From IMG/VR virus record IMGVR_UViG_3300017971_000301, positions 1-61,951 of that record: 61,951 bases of DNA, one strand, 5' to 3'. A model generated the notes under the pieces. It worked only from the letters and a program-made list of their open reading frames with translations. It made no database searches and had not been told where the DNA came from. The position numbers were made by a program, and so were the translations under genes. Of the stretch, positions 16,588 through 26,298 are shown in pieces (within the stretch, counting starts at the first letter, position 1; every line of letters starts with the position of its first letter). Source of the DNA: a virus (taxonomy: Duplodnaviria > Caudoviricetes).

Positions 16588-17015
16588 GCAGCGAATCAGG
16601 CTTATGGAAGACCCTTAGTAAAAGAATGAAAAAGGAATGGGTAGCCGATCGAATCGAATGTGTTTCTCTGGCCGGCGTTCCAGATGTTTACTTCACAACT
16701 AACAGTGGGATTATGGGATGGCTAGAATTGAAATACGCCCATGAATGGCCAAAGAGACAGAACACAGTTCTACGACTTAACCATTTCACCACTGAGCAAC
16801 GAAACTGGATTCGAAAACATGGGAAACAAGGTGCCCGAGTTTTTCTATTATTACAGGTTGATCGGGATTATCTTCTTTTCAGCCATTCCGAATGCAATGT
16901 GGTTGGAAAAACAAGCAAGAGAATCCTATTTAGGAATAGTATTGGTCATTGGTATAACTCCATGAATATTAATGATTTGTTACACATACTGGAGAACCAT
17001 TATGAGAATTTGTAG
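16584..17015 (+). CDS. VRR-NUC / Holliday-junction-resolvase-like PD-(D/E)xK nuclease
   Basis: SESGLW...RIE...GVPD...WLELK...Q..W. Confidence 0.75.
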   Translation: MSSESGLWKTLSKRMKKEWVADRIECVSLAGVPDVYFTTNSGIMGWLELKYAHEWPKRQNTVLRLNHFTTEQRNWIRKHGKQGARVFLLLQVDRDYLLFSHSECNVVGKTSKRILFRNSIGHWYNSMNINDLLHILENHYENL

Positions 17016-17304
17016 CTTGTGCAACAAAGAGAGTCATTGTATTCAATTATCATCAGGAATCTGGATCTGTCCAACATGTAAAGTGATAAAGGATGCTGTG
17101 ACCCAATCCATATCTGATGATCAAGAACAACAGCATCCTCGATATCTATTATTTAGATGTAAACACTGTAACGATGAGCTGGTTTTCCCTGTAAACCCTG
17201 CTTGGGAATTCCAGTTCATTGGATTAGTCCAAGCCCGTCACAAGTGTGGACGAGTTCTAACTATTGGTTACTATCCTGGCATATGGACGCAGAAAAAAGG
17301 CTAA
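17002..17304 (+). CDS. Zn-finger hypothetical protein
   Basis: GGAG RBS; CSLC, CPTC, CKHC, HKC. Confidence 0.55.
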   Translation: MRICSLCNKESHCIQLSSGIWICPTCKVIKDAVTQSISDDQEQQHPRYLLFRCKHCNDELVFPVNPAWEFQFIGLVQARHKCGRVLTIGYYPGIWTQKKG

Positions 17305-17308
17305 CGAA

Positions 17309-17824
17309 CTATTTTGTTAGTTTCGGCGGCGCCAGAGCCCTATCACCAAACCACCAGGTCGTCGCAGTAGATGCACAGAAAAATACTGTATAAACCATAT
17401 ATCGAACTAATTGGATAACCTGCTCAGGTTCTAGTATTTCATCTGGGTTTCTAACAAGTGATCTGAAAACGATCAAAGCTAAGATCCAGAGAGCAATAGT
17501 AAGAAAAGGCCTAAAACAGGCTTTGAAATCATTGACCCACATATGAACCGGCCCGATCGCAGTATCAGCCTTAATTGACTCCAGCATTCCTTCTTGCGAT
17601 CCCTGTAAGGTCACCAGTTCCCGTTCGTCCTCTGTTTCCTGAGCCCTGGATTCCATCTGTAGTTTATGTAGATTCTCCTCATGAGACCATTTCTTTTCTT
17701 CGAACTCCCGATCAGCCTTTTGTTGTTTGCCTTTGAAGAACCCACTGACTAAGCTGCCAAGGACTCCAAGGACTCCACCCGAACCGGCTGCGACCAAGCC
17801 TTCAAGAAGCGTTCCCCAATCCAT
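17309..17824 (-). CDS. holin-like membrane protein
   Basis: Gly-rich N-terminal hydrophobic helix; FRPFLT..; two C-terminal TM helices ending WWFGDR; adjacent to the endolysin. Confidence 0.65.
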   Translation of the reverse strand: MDWGTLLEGLVAAGSGGVLGVLGSLVSGFFKGKQQKADREFEEKKWSHEENLHKLQMESRAQETEDERELVTLQGSQEGMLESIKADTAIGPVHMWVNDFKACFRPFLTIALWILALIVFRSLVRNPDEILEPEQVIQLVRYMVYTVFFCASTATTWWFGDRALAPPKLTK

Positions 17825-18222
17825 AATACCTTTGCTCCTTTCGCATACCAAACTCTTCCGGGTCTGGTATCCACATGTAGAAAAGTTCTATAAAAACCAA
17901 ACGAACGAAACCCACCTTTTCTTGCTGCAAGTAACAGATCGAATCGATTATGAGACCCGATATGTATATCAAATGCAATTAGTTTATGTTCGGATCTTGG
18001 TGCACCCCCAATCAAATAATTGTGTAGCCAACACCTATGCCCACTATTCAGCTTTATAGGACGATTCAGAATATACCTTGTTCGCTGTAGACAATCCATT
18101 GCATATTCATTCAGATAGAATTCTCCACAATGAGGACAAGCTAAGTTTGGATCGCTTCTAAAATTGAAATTCGGCCAACGCCAAATCTTCTCAGGAACTT
18201 GACTATAGTGTTCAAATATCAT
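17749..18222 (-). CDS. endolysin, peptidase M15A family
   Basis: CPHCG, SGHRC..HN..IGGAPRSEH, AFDI, FLHVDTR. Confidence 0.85.
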   Translation of the reverse strand: MIFEHYSQVPEKIWRWPNFNFRSDPNLACPHCGEFYLNEYAMDCLQRTRYILNRPIKLNSGHRCWLHNYLIGGAPRSEHKLIAFDIHIGSHNRFDLLLAARKGGFRSFGFYRTFLHVDTRPGRVWYAKGAKVLWIGERFLKAWSQPVRVESLESLAA

Positions 18223-18563
18223 TTTTCTAATATGAACCTTTCCAGTTTATCGGACAACATTTTATAATAATCTAATGCCCGTTCTGTCTCCTTGGTTAAG
18301 TTCTCTTTCAAATTACCAATATCTCTCGTCTGTTCCGCAGCACATTTATCCAGTTTATGAACTATCTCGAGAATCGTGTCTAACTTCTCAGTGAACGTTA
18401 TTTGAACAGATTTGAGCTCCTCCTTTTTAGCATACATTGAGTTAGCGTTCCAAGCAAATCCAAGTAGACCAAGAATAAGTGTAGCAGCAACAGTAGTAGC
18501 AACTCCTTTTAACCAGGCGTATCGGTCCGATTTACGATTTCTTGGTAACGTAGACATATCCAT
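18219..18563 (-). CDS. single-TM coiled-coil lysis-module protein
   Basis: One TM helix then a coiled coil; directly upstream of the endolysin. Confidence 0.55.
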   Translation of the reverse strand: MDMSTLPRNRKSDRYAWLKGVATTVAATLILGLLGFAWNANSMYAKKEELKSVQITFTEKLDTILEIVHKLDKCAAEQTRDIGNLKENLTKETERALDYYKMLSDKLERFILEK

Positions 18564-18600
18564 CCTTTTAAAGACATCCTTGTCGTTTGTTCAGACCATC

Positions 18601-19134
18601 CTAGTCTGTTTTGGGGTTCTTCTTCGGATTCTCGATTTCCCTAATCTCTTTTGCGGTTTGTCGCCAATCGAAAATCCATGCTGAACCAGAAAAGTCCGCT
18701 TCACTACAACCCTCAAAATCATCCATTGGCAATAATGGTTTAGTGACAACAATACCAGAATTCTGTTCAGTCAATTCCATCAATTCTTCATATGCCTCAG
18801 GATTGTTCTTTCGATTGATAACCTTCTGATATTGGACTTTTTCAGCATCATCAGGATCAGATGGAACTTCTCCCTCTCGATCAAACAGATCTTTCTTTGT
18901 TTCAGCATAAGCTTTAGCTTCAGGTGAATCAGACAAAAGCAATGTGACCTGAAAGATCTTGTGCTTGTTAGCTGCCGATGGAGATTTGGAATTTCGAATG
19001 TTTGAAATGGCCGTGGATGCGAAATAATTTTCTAACATCTGATTCGTAATCTCCACATCATTCGGATTTCCAGCAACCTTATTTCGAATTTCGATCTTTT
19101 CCTCTTCCTTTACTTCTGGTGTGTCTTCTGGCAT
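18601..19134 (-). CDS. acidic hypothetical protein
   Basis: AAGGAGG RBS; 177 aa. Confidence 0.65.
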   Translation of the reverse strand: MPEDTPEVKEEEKIEIRNKVAGNPNDVEITNQMLENYFASTAISNIRNSKSPSAANKHKIFQVTLLLSDSPEAKAYAETKKDLFDREGEVPSDPDDAEKVQYQKVINRKNNPEAYEELMELTEQNSGIVVTKPLLPMDDFEGCSEADFSGSAWIFDWRQTAKEIREIENPKKNPKTD

Positions 19135-19145
19135 GATTAGCCTCC

Positions 19146-19808
19146 TTAATAAAGTTTATACTTCATATGTTTGACTCGAATATCCGGGTCAACCCAAATA
19201 TCGAATCCTTTGTTTTGTATGTCAACACAGAAAGAAGCGTCTTCATAAGCGAACTCGGAAATGTTTGGCCCTAGATCCAGCGTTGCATGACGAAACCAGG
19301 GATATGGCAAGGATTCCATAACCCCTTCCTTCATCGCGCAAAATCCCAAACCTGTCCATGGCGCATTGATTAGTTTTTCGCGTCGAGACACCTCTGGAAT
19401 AGTCATATGTTTCAGAGTACCATATTTCTCAAAGTAGCTTATGTCCCATTCTTTTCCAACAGACGTTCGCTCCCGTGCCTCAAAAGCATACCACCCAGAG
19501 ATAATATCCAGATCATGCTTGAATAGGCGTGTAACCTGATTGGGAATATAGACTGAGTCTGAATCGATCCAGAGAATCCAATCATAGGATATTCTCCCTT
19601 GAAAAGGTTTCTGATCCCTTCCACGATTCGATCTGCCACCCAAGCACAAATTCCTGGCATAGGCTATGCTGTCATTGTTGTATTTTCGTCTGTCAATCCA
19701 TTCGTACTCATCATCATGTCGATAAAGATACCGAACCAATCGGGTGAAACAATCTGTTGGTATCCCGAGAAAATGATTACCAGGACGACAGATCATGATT
19801 CTCTTCAT
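19146..19808 (-). CDS. glycosyltransferase (GT-A fold, GT2-like)
   Basis: IAYARN, WILWIDSD (DxD), TGLGFC, EDASFC, IWVDPDIRVKH. Confidence 0.8.
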   Translation of the reverse strand: MKRIMICRPGNHFLGIPTDCFTRLVRYLYRHDDEYEWIDRRKYNNDSIAYARNLCLGGRSNRGRDQKPFQGRISYDWILWIDSDSVYIPNQVTRLFKHDLDIISGWYAFEARERTSVGKEWDISYFEKYGTLKHMTIPEVSRREKLINAPWTGLGFCAMKEGVMESLPYPWFRHATLDLGPNISEFAYEDASFCVDIQNKGFDIWVDPDIRVKHMKYKLY

Positions 19809-20086
19809 TATGGTTGAACCGTAGCTTCTAGTGCATTCTCCAGAGTCAAGTCGTAGAGATCACAAGCAGCAATCCTTTCAAGTATTTCGTCGCGGCGTAA
19901 CTCCAGATCAGCCTTTCGCGCTGCAATCGTTTCCCGAGTTATTTCCTCCACAACCTCCTCTTGATTGCTTTGACCAACGTTTTTGGTGTAAATCTGATAA
20001 TATCTTCCACGATATTTCTCAACAACGACACCAGGGTTGCTTTCCTCCAACAATTCCTTGAATGTCAACTCATCCATCATCTTCAT
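19808..20086 (-). CDS. hypothetical protein after the tail fibre
   Basis: AAGGAGG RBS; 92 aa. Confidence 0.6.
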   Translation of the reverse strand: MKMMDELTFKELLEESNPGVVVEKYRGRYYQIYTKNVGQSNQEEVVEEITRETIAARKADLELRRDEILERIAACDLYDLTLENALEATVQP

Positions 20087-20099
20087 TTTAGGCCTCCTT

Positions 20100-23000
20100 T
20101 CAAGTTTGAACGGACTGCGTCATTAGATCTATTTGAGCCTGCAACGCAGCAATTCTCGCAAGAGCATCATTGTATCGATCCAATGAATCTACTTCATTGG
20201 TTTTTTCCTGCTCCAGTCTTTGAATTTCCACAAGCATTGGTGTAATCAGTCCTTTGTAGTTTATTCCAATTGGTTTCGGAATCAAATTGCTACCATCGTG
20301 GCTATAATCAAAGTAAATTATCTCGGGTCGAATCAGAGCAACTTCATCAGCGAATAAACCGATTTCTTTTTCGCCATTACTGTAATCTAGATATTCAATA
20401 GTTCCATCGGCATATTCCAGTTTGGCCCGACGTTCATATTCATAGGGCTTTAATTGGTGTATCCAGGAAACGGACCCAAGTAAAACCTCATTCATTTTTG
20501 ATTCTCGAAGAGATGAGTCATATCCAAGTTCTCCTGAGTTGTTGATCTGAAGATCCCGCATCGTTTCCCCGCCCATATCATGACTATAAACGGCTGGCAT
20601 GGTAACATAGCCTGTTGAATCCGCCACAGATATTCTATGATTACCAGAATTGTCTCGAACATGAAAATCATCGTCACTAAATTTTCCAAGCAACCAGGAT
20701 TTCGCATGTCCTTTAATTGCCAAATAAACCCATGGATTAGCGTCTGCATCTGGTCCTTGAATTCTAATGTTTGCAGCTACTCCAGACGAAACAGTCGTTT
20801 CCACAAGAAGCTGAGTAGAAAATGTTCCATCATCCCTAACTGTTAACATATCCGTAGGAGTTTCATCCCCAATTCCAACAGCGCCATTGTATAGAGTCAT
20901 TAATATCTTCGCAGCGCCATAATCATAAATCTTCAGTGGATTACTGGAAGCATCTCCATCCATAAAGATTTTCCAACGATTGTTTCCCCCTTCATTGAAG
21001 AACAATTGTCCATCATAGCCGGTCAATGAATCAATAATAAATGAAGTAGTCGATGCAGCCAATGGTCCCGCAATGGTAAAACTTTGTGTAGCACAAACTA
21101 TATTTTGTGAGCTGTCGATATCAACGGCGCTCGATCCAGCAGTATACAATTGCAAAGAATCATCTGAGTTTAATCTAAGGATAGGACTTCCAGCTCCATA
21201 GTAAGCTGAGATATAGGCTAGAACATCGTCAGAATCAGATCCAAAGTATATACTTCCCCAATTCGCATCAGGAGTATAAATCGATATTCCACCCGGTCCA
21301 TTAGCCTCAATGACTAATTCATCAGCATTTGCAGAAGGAGAGATCGTCCCCGCAGACCCAGAATAGATATGAAGTAAATCGACCGGATTATTTGTGCCAA
21401 TGCCAACAAAACCAGAACCATCGATTCGAACTGCCTCCGCCCCAGCTCCAGTGAGTAATGCAAGTTCAAATGTTGCCACATTTGTTCCAATGGACAATAA
21501 TCCTCCGTCATAACTATACTGGATTCTTGCACCATCGTTATCGGTCGGCGATCCAAAGAAAATACTAGCTGTGTAAGCATCTGGTGTTAGTATACTCATG
21601 CCACCGTCCTGATTTCTTTCAACAACAAAATCATCAGCATCGGCGTGAGCAGTAACAGTTCCGGCAGAACCATTCATTACATGAAGTTTTCCATCCGGTG
21701 TAGTTGTTCCAATTCCAACATTCATTCCAGAAATATTAAAACCATCAAACGTGTCAAAATACAATTTATCATCATCCAAATCCATATAAATTCGGCCAAC
21801 ACTCGTATCCCCACTATCCCAAAACTCAACAAACATTTCGTTGTGCAAGTCGGCCGCACTTGTTTGAAATATGATTTTTGGATCTTGTCCACCATAAATA
21901 TGCAAAATACCTTGTGGACTAGCTGTTCCAATCCCCATATTGCCGCCTAATTCAAAATAAGCTCTAATAACTCCCCCTTGACCAATTTGAATATCATCAC
22001 CGCGACAACCAATATAAGGCGGATCAGGTTCTCCTAAACTTGTATCTTTGAATTCTATAAGAGAATCTTCATCAGAAGACTCAACACGAACTGGTGAATT
22101 AGAAGAACTTGATTGGTATATGTGAAGTTTCTTTACCGGCGTTGCTGTTCCGATCCCTACATCGGCTTCCAAATTAATATCCTGATCGAATGATGCAATT
22201 GTACCATTCCATTGAAAAGTGGCGTTTCCCCCGGTCGTTCTGCCAAGGATTAACTGCACGTTCGAATCATCCAAATCAGAGTTTATAGTAAAAGTATCTG
22301 ATGTGGTTCCTGTAGTAACAGAAGTCCCTGTTATAGTTCCATCAACGGTAAGGTCTCCGCTAAAGTGTCCATCCCCATAAACATCAAATGTATACGCGGG
22401 TGTTGTACCAATTCCTACTTGCTGAGAAGAATCAATATATATCGCCAATGATGTTGCTGTAGTTATTGATATACTATTGTCAGAATTAAGATGAACCTGA
22501 GGACTACCGCTATCATAGTAAGCTGCAAGATACCCAATGTTATCGTCAGAAGCACACCCAAAATATATGTTTCCCCAATAAGCATCTGGTGTGTAAATGG
22601 ACATTCCTCCATGTCCACTTGCCTCTAAAATCAGCTCATCTGCTAATGCCGAAGGAGATATTGATCCCGCAGATCCAGATTGAACGTGAAGATTACCCAA
22701 AGGAGCTATTAATCCCCCCATACCAATAAGTCCTGTGGCAGCTTCAATGAAAAACCAATCTTTGCTCCCAGCGTCATAATCTCTGACTCTAAAGTCGGTA
22801 CTCCCATGCATTCCCCAAGACCACCCTTGACCTCCGCCTCGAAGAGATAAATGAACCCATGGTTGTGGGTCAGTTAAAGGACCTTCAATCAACATTGCCG
22901 CTGCATAAGTAGTGAAATGCGGTTGATATATATGAATCTGAAACTCTGATCCATCTAAATCCCAAACATGAAGACAGGAATCAGGCGCAGTGGTACCAAT

Positions 23001-25853
23001 CCCAATATAACCATCCACATAAAGATCACCAGCGAACCAGCCGTCTTTCCAACGCAAAGATGTAGTACCTAAGTCTAGTATGTTCGTAGTTCCAGGGTAA
23101 AATGCTGCCTCACTTCCATTAAGATATAAATCCACTGTTGAACCTATACCATCTGATGAGTACAAATAAGCCACATATTTCTCTGAAGAAACCGTTGCTC
23201 CAACCCAGCTCATTTTTGTATTACTATCTGTAGCGTACAAAGCGGCCCTGGAATATGCAAGAACCTCAAAGACTCCAAACTCATAGTTATCTGTACCTAT
23301 GTAATAATCATTAGTATTTTGACTTTCTGGAATGACATAAAAATCTCCAGCGGTTTTGTTGTACATTTCAATTCTATTTGTTCCGCTAAAGCACAATTTG
23401 GCAGGATTAGAATCGTCGCCAGTTAATAATATATCACCACCACCAAGGATATGTAAAGCCTGAGTTGCCCCGCTTGTAATCTTGATAGTTCCATCGCCCT
23501 CATCGTACACGAAACTAGAAGTGGCCCCACCGACTCTAAAATCCCCCGTACCATCAGCAAACATACCTGGATAAGTGGCATAATTAGCAATGGTCATTGA
23601 GTCCGCAGTGCCCAAGCCTATAGCTATTTTAGGCGTTGTGTCCAAATCACCAATAACCGCTTTAACTGCAGCATTACCTAAAGTAGCATGACCACCCCAG
23701 AAATCGATATCTGTTGCGTAGAATCCACCAATTTTGTTCATGGCGTTATGGTCAGTATGAAAAATCACCTTGTTGTCTGAGGAAAAAATCTTGATTCCAT
23801 GTTCATCAGATCCAGTTAAGTCTCCAATGATAATCCTATCTTGGCCACCCTCAACCAACTTAACAATAGGATCACTTGGATCAAGCAAAATATAGTTACC
23901 TGTCGCGCCAACTCGCAATCTTCCAGGTAACACGTTTGGAATTTCCCCGGATGAGGGAGGTCCATCCGGTCCAGCCGTAATGAATTTGTATTGAGTAGTT
24001 GTGTCGCCTGTATGATCTGCAAATTCAACCACAGGAAAGGCCATGTCGTCGTAATCATCCAAGGCTTCAGTAGTTGTATAGGCCTTAACCTTCATTGTCA
24101 AATCCAAATCAATATCAATGGATTCAACGAACATAGTGAACGTCCCATACTGCGTATCATCTACAGTAATGACATCATCTGGCATTATCTTCAAATGATT
24201 TGGAAACATACTAAATGTGGCAACACCATCTTTTAAGAAGATTCGCTGAATGGATAATGATCGTAAATTTTGAGCATGCTGAGTATCATCAATCAGATAA
24301 TAATGAGCCTGTGCATTTGAAGGATTAGAGTATGAAGCCTTGGCCGGAACCTGGATCGGATACAACTTATCAAACGGCTCTCCAGACTTCGGCAAATAAA
24401 CATAAGCACTATCTGTCTCTTTTATCTGAAGTGGTTGCCATTTGAAACTGTTCTCTTCGATTGAATCCTTATCCAGAGTCACTTGAGATGTTTTTGACAG
24501 GATTCGAAGAGCGATCTTTTCTCCAGTTTCAAAATATCCATGGCACATATTCAAAAGGTCTGCGATAACCTTCATTCGTTCCTGTTGAAAATACCAACCG
24601 CCATTCCAAACAAGTCCTGTGTTATTATCAGTATTCCACTCACTGAACACCAATTCAGCAGACCCAAAAGCGGTATCATCAATATCATCGGAATCAAACC
24701 CCATCCCTTCCGTTGAGTCGGTCATGACAAATCGAATAACAGAAGCAGGACCACCAATTGTGTATGCGTCTGAAGCATCCCAATCGTTATCTGTCCCTCC
24801 TTCCAGAGTGGCTGTTATCTGAGTAGCTGTGTTCGCTGTAATCCTTCCATAAGATTGATCGGTTCGATTTACAACGTAGGCTCCAACAAGCCCATTGACA
24901 GGCCAACTCGCAGTGGAATCATCTAACGTGGCAGATCCCCCAGCACCATCGTGTGTTCCTGTTTCAGATCCATTTATGAATTTGGTTCTATTCCTCCGGT
25001 AAAGAACCGGAATATCGAGGAAATGATCCCCCTGGAACCATAAGCCATTTGCATCAGGAACATCATCCGAATCAGAATCAGATATAATTGGTTGAAAAAC
25101 CCGATAGTTTACTCCGCCACTGGCCTTCGTAGCCTGATTGAAAGCAAATCCTGCACTTTCGAAATCATCGGAAACCCATGTCGACGATAAGGTTTGGTGT
25201 CTGGGTGAACGAACTTCTTCTATTTCATAGGTTTCCCCATCAGCAAGACCAAGCACATAATATCGAGCCATATCAGCAGACACATAAACAGACCGAAGGG
25301 GTATATAAGCATCCCCAATAATGACAGGCACACACATGTTGTCCATTATCGGAGTTGGTGCATCATCAGAAGGAAACAAATCTTTGATTTTCGGTGTGTT
25401 CGGCCACATTCCATCCAACTTATCAGAAACAAAATCGATACAGCTAAACACAATCGTCTCATACTGATCTCTCGGCGGTGCATTTACCTTATATTTTGCA
25501 GAAGCTAGTACTTCTTCCAAGGAACCAGCGCCAACAATCAATTCGACTAAAACAGTAGCTCCTTCATAATCAGATGCAGTGAGAGACCCATCGGAATTAT
25601 CCAACGTGAATTCCATTCGATCTGGCACATGAATATTGTATCCAGATTTCCCGCGCTTCAGTTTGAACCCTTTGAATTTCCCATCATCCAGAACCCTTTC
25701 TTCATAACTATCCCCATCATAGCTATAGTCCTTCAGAGAATAGTACTCTGTTGTCTCAGCCGAGTTGTTCTGAGTGATAGTAAACGCCCACGTTTGATCC
25801 ATATCAGTTGCCGCGGCAACGGCAATCTGATTCGCATCATAGAATCTAGCCAT
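20100..25853 (-). CDS. large tail tip/fibre protein with a C-terminal peptidase S74-like intramolecular chaperone
   Basis: 1917 aa; repeated VGIGTTxP..LH modules; C-terminal SSLRESK...LKPYEY...IGLFADEV...INYKGLITPMLVEIQRL. Confidence 0.85.
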   Translation of the reverse strand: MARFYDANQIAVAAATDMDQTWAFTITQNNSAETTEYYSLKDYSYDGDSYEERVLDDGKFKGFKLKRGKSGYNIHVPDRMEFTLDNSDGSLTASDYEGATVLVELIVGAGSLEEVLASAKYKVNAPPRDQYETIVFSCIDFVSDKLDGMWPNTPKIKDLFPSDDAPTPIMDNMCVPVIIGDAYIPLRSVYVSADMARYYVLGLADGETYEIEEVRSPRHQTLSSTWVSDDFESAGFAFNQATKASGGVNYRVFQPIISDSDSDDVPDANGLWFQGDHFLDIPVLYRRNRTKFINGSETGTHDGAGGSATLDDSTASWPVNGLVGAYVVNRTDQSYGRITANTATQITATLEGGTDNDWDASDAYTIGGPASVIRFVMTDSTEGMGFDSDDIDDTAFGSAELVFSEWNTDNNTGLVWNGGWYFQQERMKVIADLLNMCHGYFETGEKIALRILSKTSQVTLDKDSIEENSFKWQPLQIKETDSAYVYLPKSGEPFDKLYPIQVPAKASYSNPSNAQAHYYLIDDTQHAQNLRSLSIQRIFLKDGVATFSMFPNHLKIMPDDVITVDDTQYGTFTMFVESIDIDLDLTMKVKAYTTTEALDDYDDMAFPVVEFADHTGDTTTQYKFITAGPDGPPSSGEIPNVLPGRLRVGATGNYILLDPSDPIVKLVEGGQDRIIIGDLTGSDEHGIKIFSSDNKVIFHTDHNAMNKIGGFYATDIDFWGGHATLGNAAVKAVIGDLDTTPKIAIGLGTADSMTIANYATYPGMFADGTGDFRVGGATSSFVYDEGDGTIKITSGATQALHILGGGDILLTGDDSNPAKLCFSGTNRIEMYNKTAGDFYVIPESQNTNDYYIGTDNYEFGVFEVLAYSRAALYATDSNTKMSWVGATVSSEKYVAYLYSSDGIGSTVDLYLNGSEAAFYPGTTNILDLGTTSLRWKDGWFAGDLYVDGYIGIGTTAPDSCLHVWDLDGSEFQIHIYQPHFTTYAAAMLIEGPLTDPQPWVHLSLRGGGQGWSWGMHGSTDFRVRDYDAGSKDWFFIEAATGLIGMGGLIAPLGNLHVQSGSAGSISPSALADELILEASGHGGMSIYTPDAYWGNIYFGCASDDNIGYLAAYYDSGSPQVHLNSDNSISITTATSLAIYIDSSQQVGIGTTPAYTFDVYGDGHFSGDLTVDGTITGTSVTTGTTSDTFTINSDLDDSNVQLILGRTTGGNATFQWNGTIASFDQDINLEADVGIGTATPVKKLHIYQSSSSNSPVRVESSDEDSLIEFKDTSLGEPDPPYIGCRGDDIQIGQGGVIRAYFELGGNMGIGTASPQGILHIYGGQDPKIIFQTSAADLHNEMFVEFWDSGDTSVGRIYMDLDDDKLYFDTFDGFNISGMNVGIGTTTPDGKLHVMNGSAGTVTAHADADDFVVERNQDGGMSILTPDAYTASIFFGSPTDNDGARIQYSYDGGLLSIGTNVATFELALLTGAGAEAVRIDGSGFVGIGTNNPVDLLHIYSGSAGTISPSANADELVIEANGPGGISIYTPDANWGSIYFGSDSDDVLAYISAYYGAGSPILRLNSDDSLQLYTAGSSAVDIDSSQNIVCATQSFTIAGPLAASTTSFIIDSLTGYDGQLFFNEGGNNRWKIFMDGDASSNPLKIYDYGAAKILMTLYNGAVGIGDETPTDMLTVRDDGTFSTQLLVETTVSSGVAANIRIQGPDADANPWVYLAIKGHAKSWLLGKFSDDDFHVRDNSGNHRISVADSTGYVTMPAVYSHDMGGETMRDLQINNSGELGYDSSLRESKMNEVLLGSVSWIHQLKPYEYERRAKLEYADGTIEYLDYSNGEKEIGLFADEVALIRPEIIYFDYSHDGSNLIPKPIGINYKGLITPMLVEIQRLEQEKTNEVDSLDRYNDALARIAALQAQIDLMTQSVQT

Positions 25854-25865
25854 TAGTATTCCTCA

Positions 25866-26288
25866 TCACGGATCATTTACCCTATCAACAACAACCAAGC
25901 GAAGTCTGGCAAATCCATGGTCGAAGTTTCTGATTAATCGTTCCATATCCTGCATATCGAACTTTACAATGTAAGTATGCTCGTCCGTCGGATGATCCCA
26001 ATAAAAAGATCTAGCTAACCCTTTCCCCTTAGCAGTGTCATAGTAGAAATCAATTATCGTACCGGCATCTGACTCTGTTATAGAGTTGAAGATCAAAACA
26101 ACATAAAATCTAGGTGTTGTGTTTCGGGTCGTTGTCAAATAACCATCGCCATCTGACTTGTGTCTCTTCTGTCCTGGAAAGCGGCCCGGCTCTCGTAACA
26201 CTTGCTGAGGAGAAACAGAAAAAGTTGTCGCAACATAATCCGCCGAAGCTGTTCCCGGCAAATAATCATACATCTCTTTTGCTGCCAT
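25866..26288 (-). CDS. distal tail (Dit)-like protein
   Basis: Between tape measure and tail tip; FY...G..RSFYWDHP...VKF pattern. Confidence 0.6.
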   Translation of the reverse strand: MAAKEMYDYLPGTASADYVATTFSVSPQQVLREPGRFPGQKRHKSDGDGYLTTTRNTTPRFYVVLIFNSITESDAGTIIDFYYDTAKGKGLARSFYWDHPTDEHTYIVKFDMQDMERLIRNFDHGFARLRLVVVDRVNDP

Positions 26289-26298
26289 AACCTATCCT

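Noticed and set aside
20100-25853. Diversity-generating retroelement target
   Set aside because: No reverse transcriptase and no template/variable repeat pair with adenine-specific differences seen
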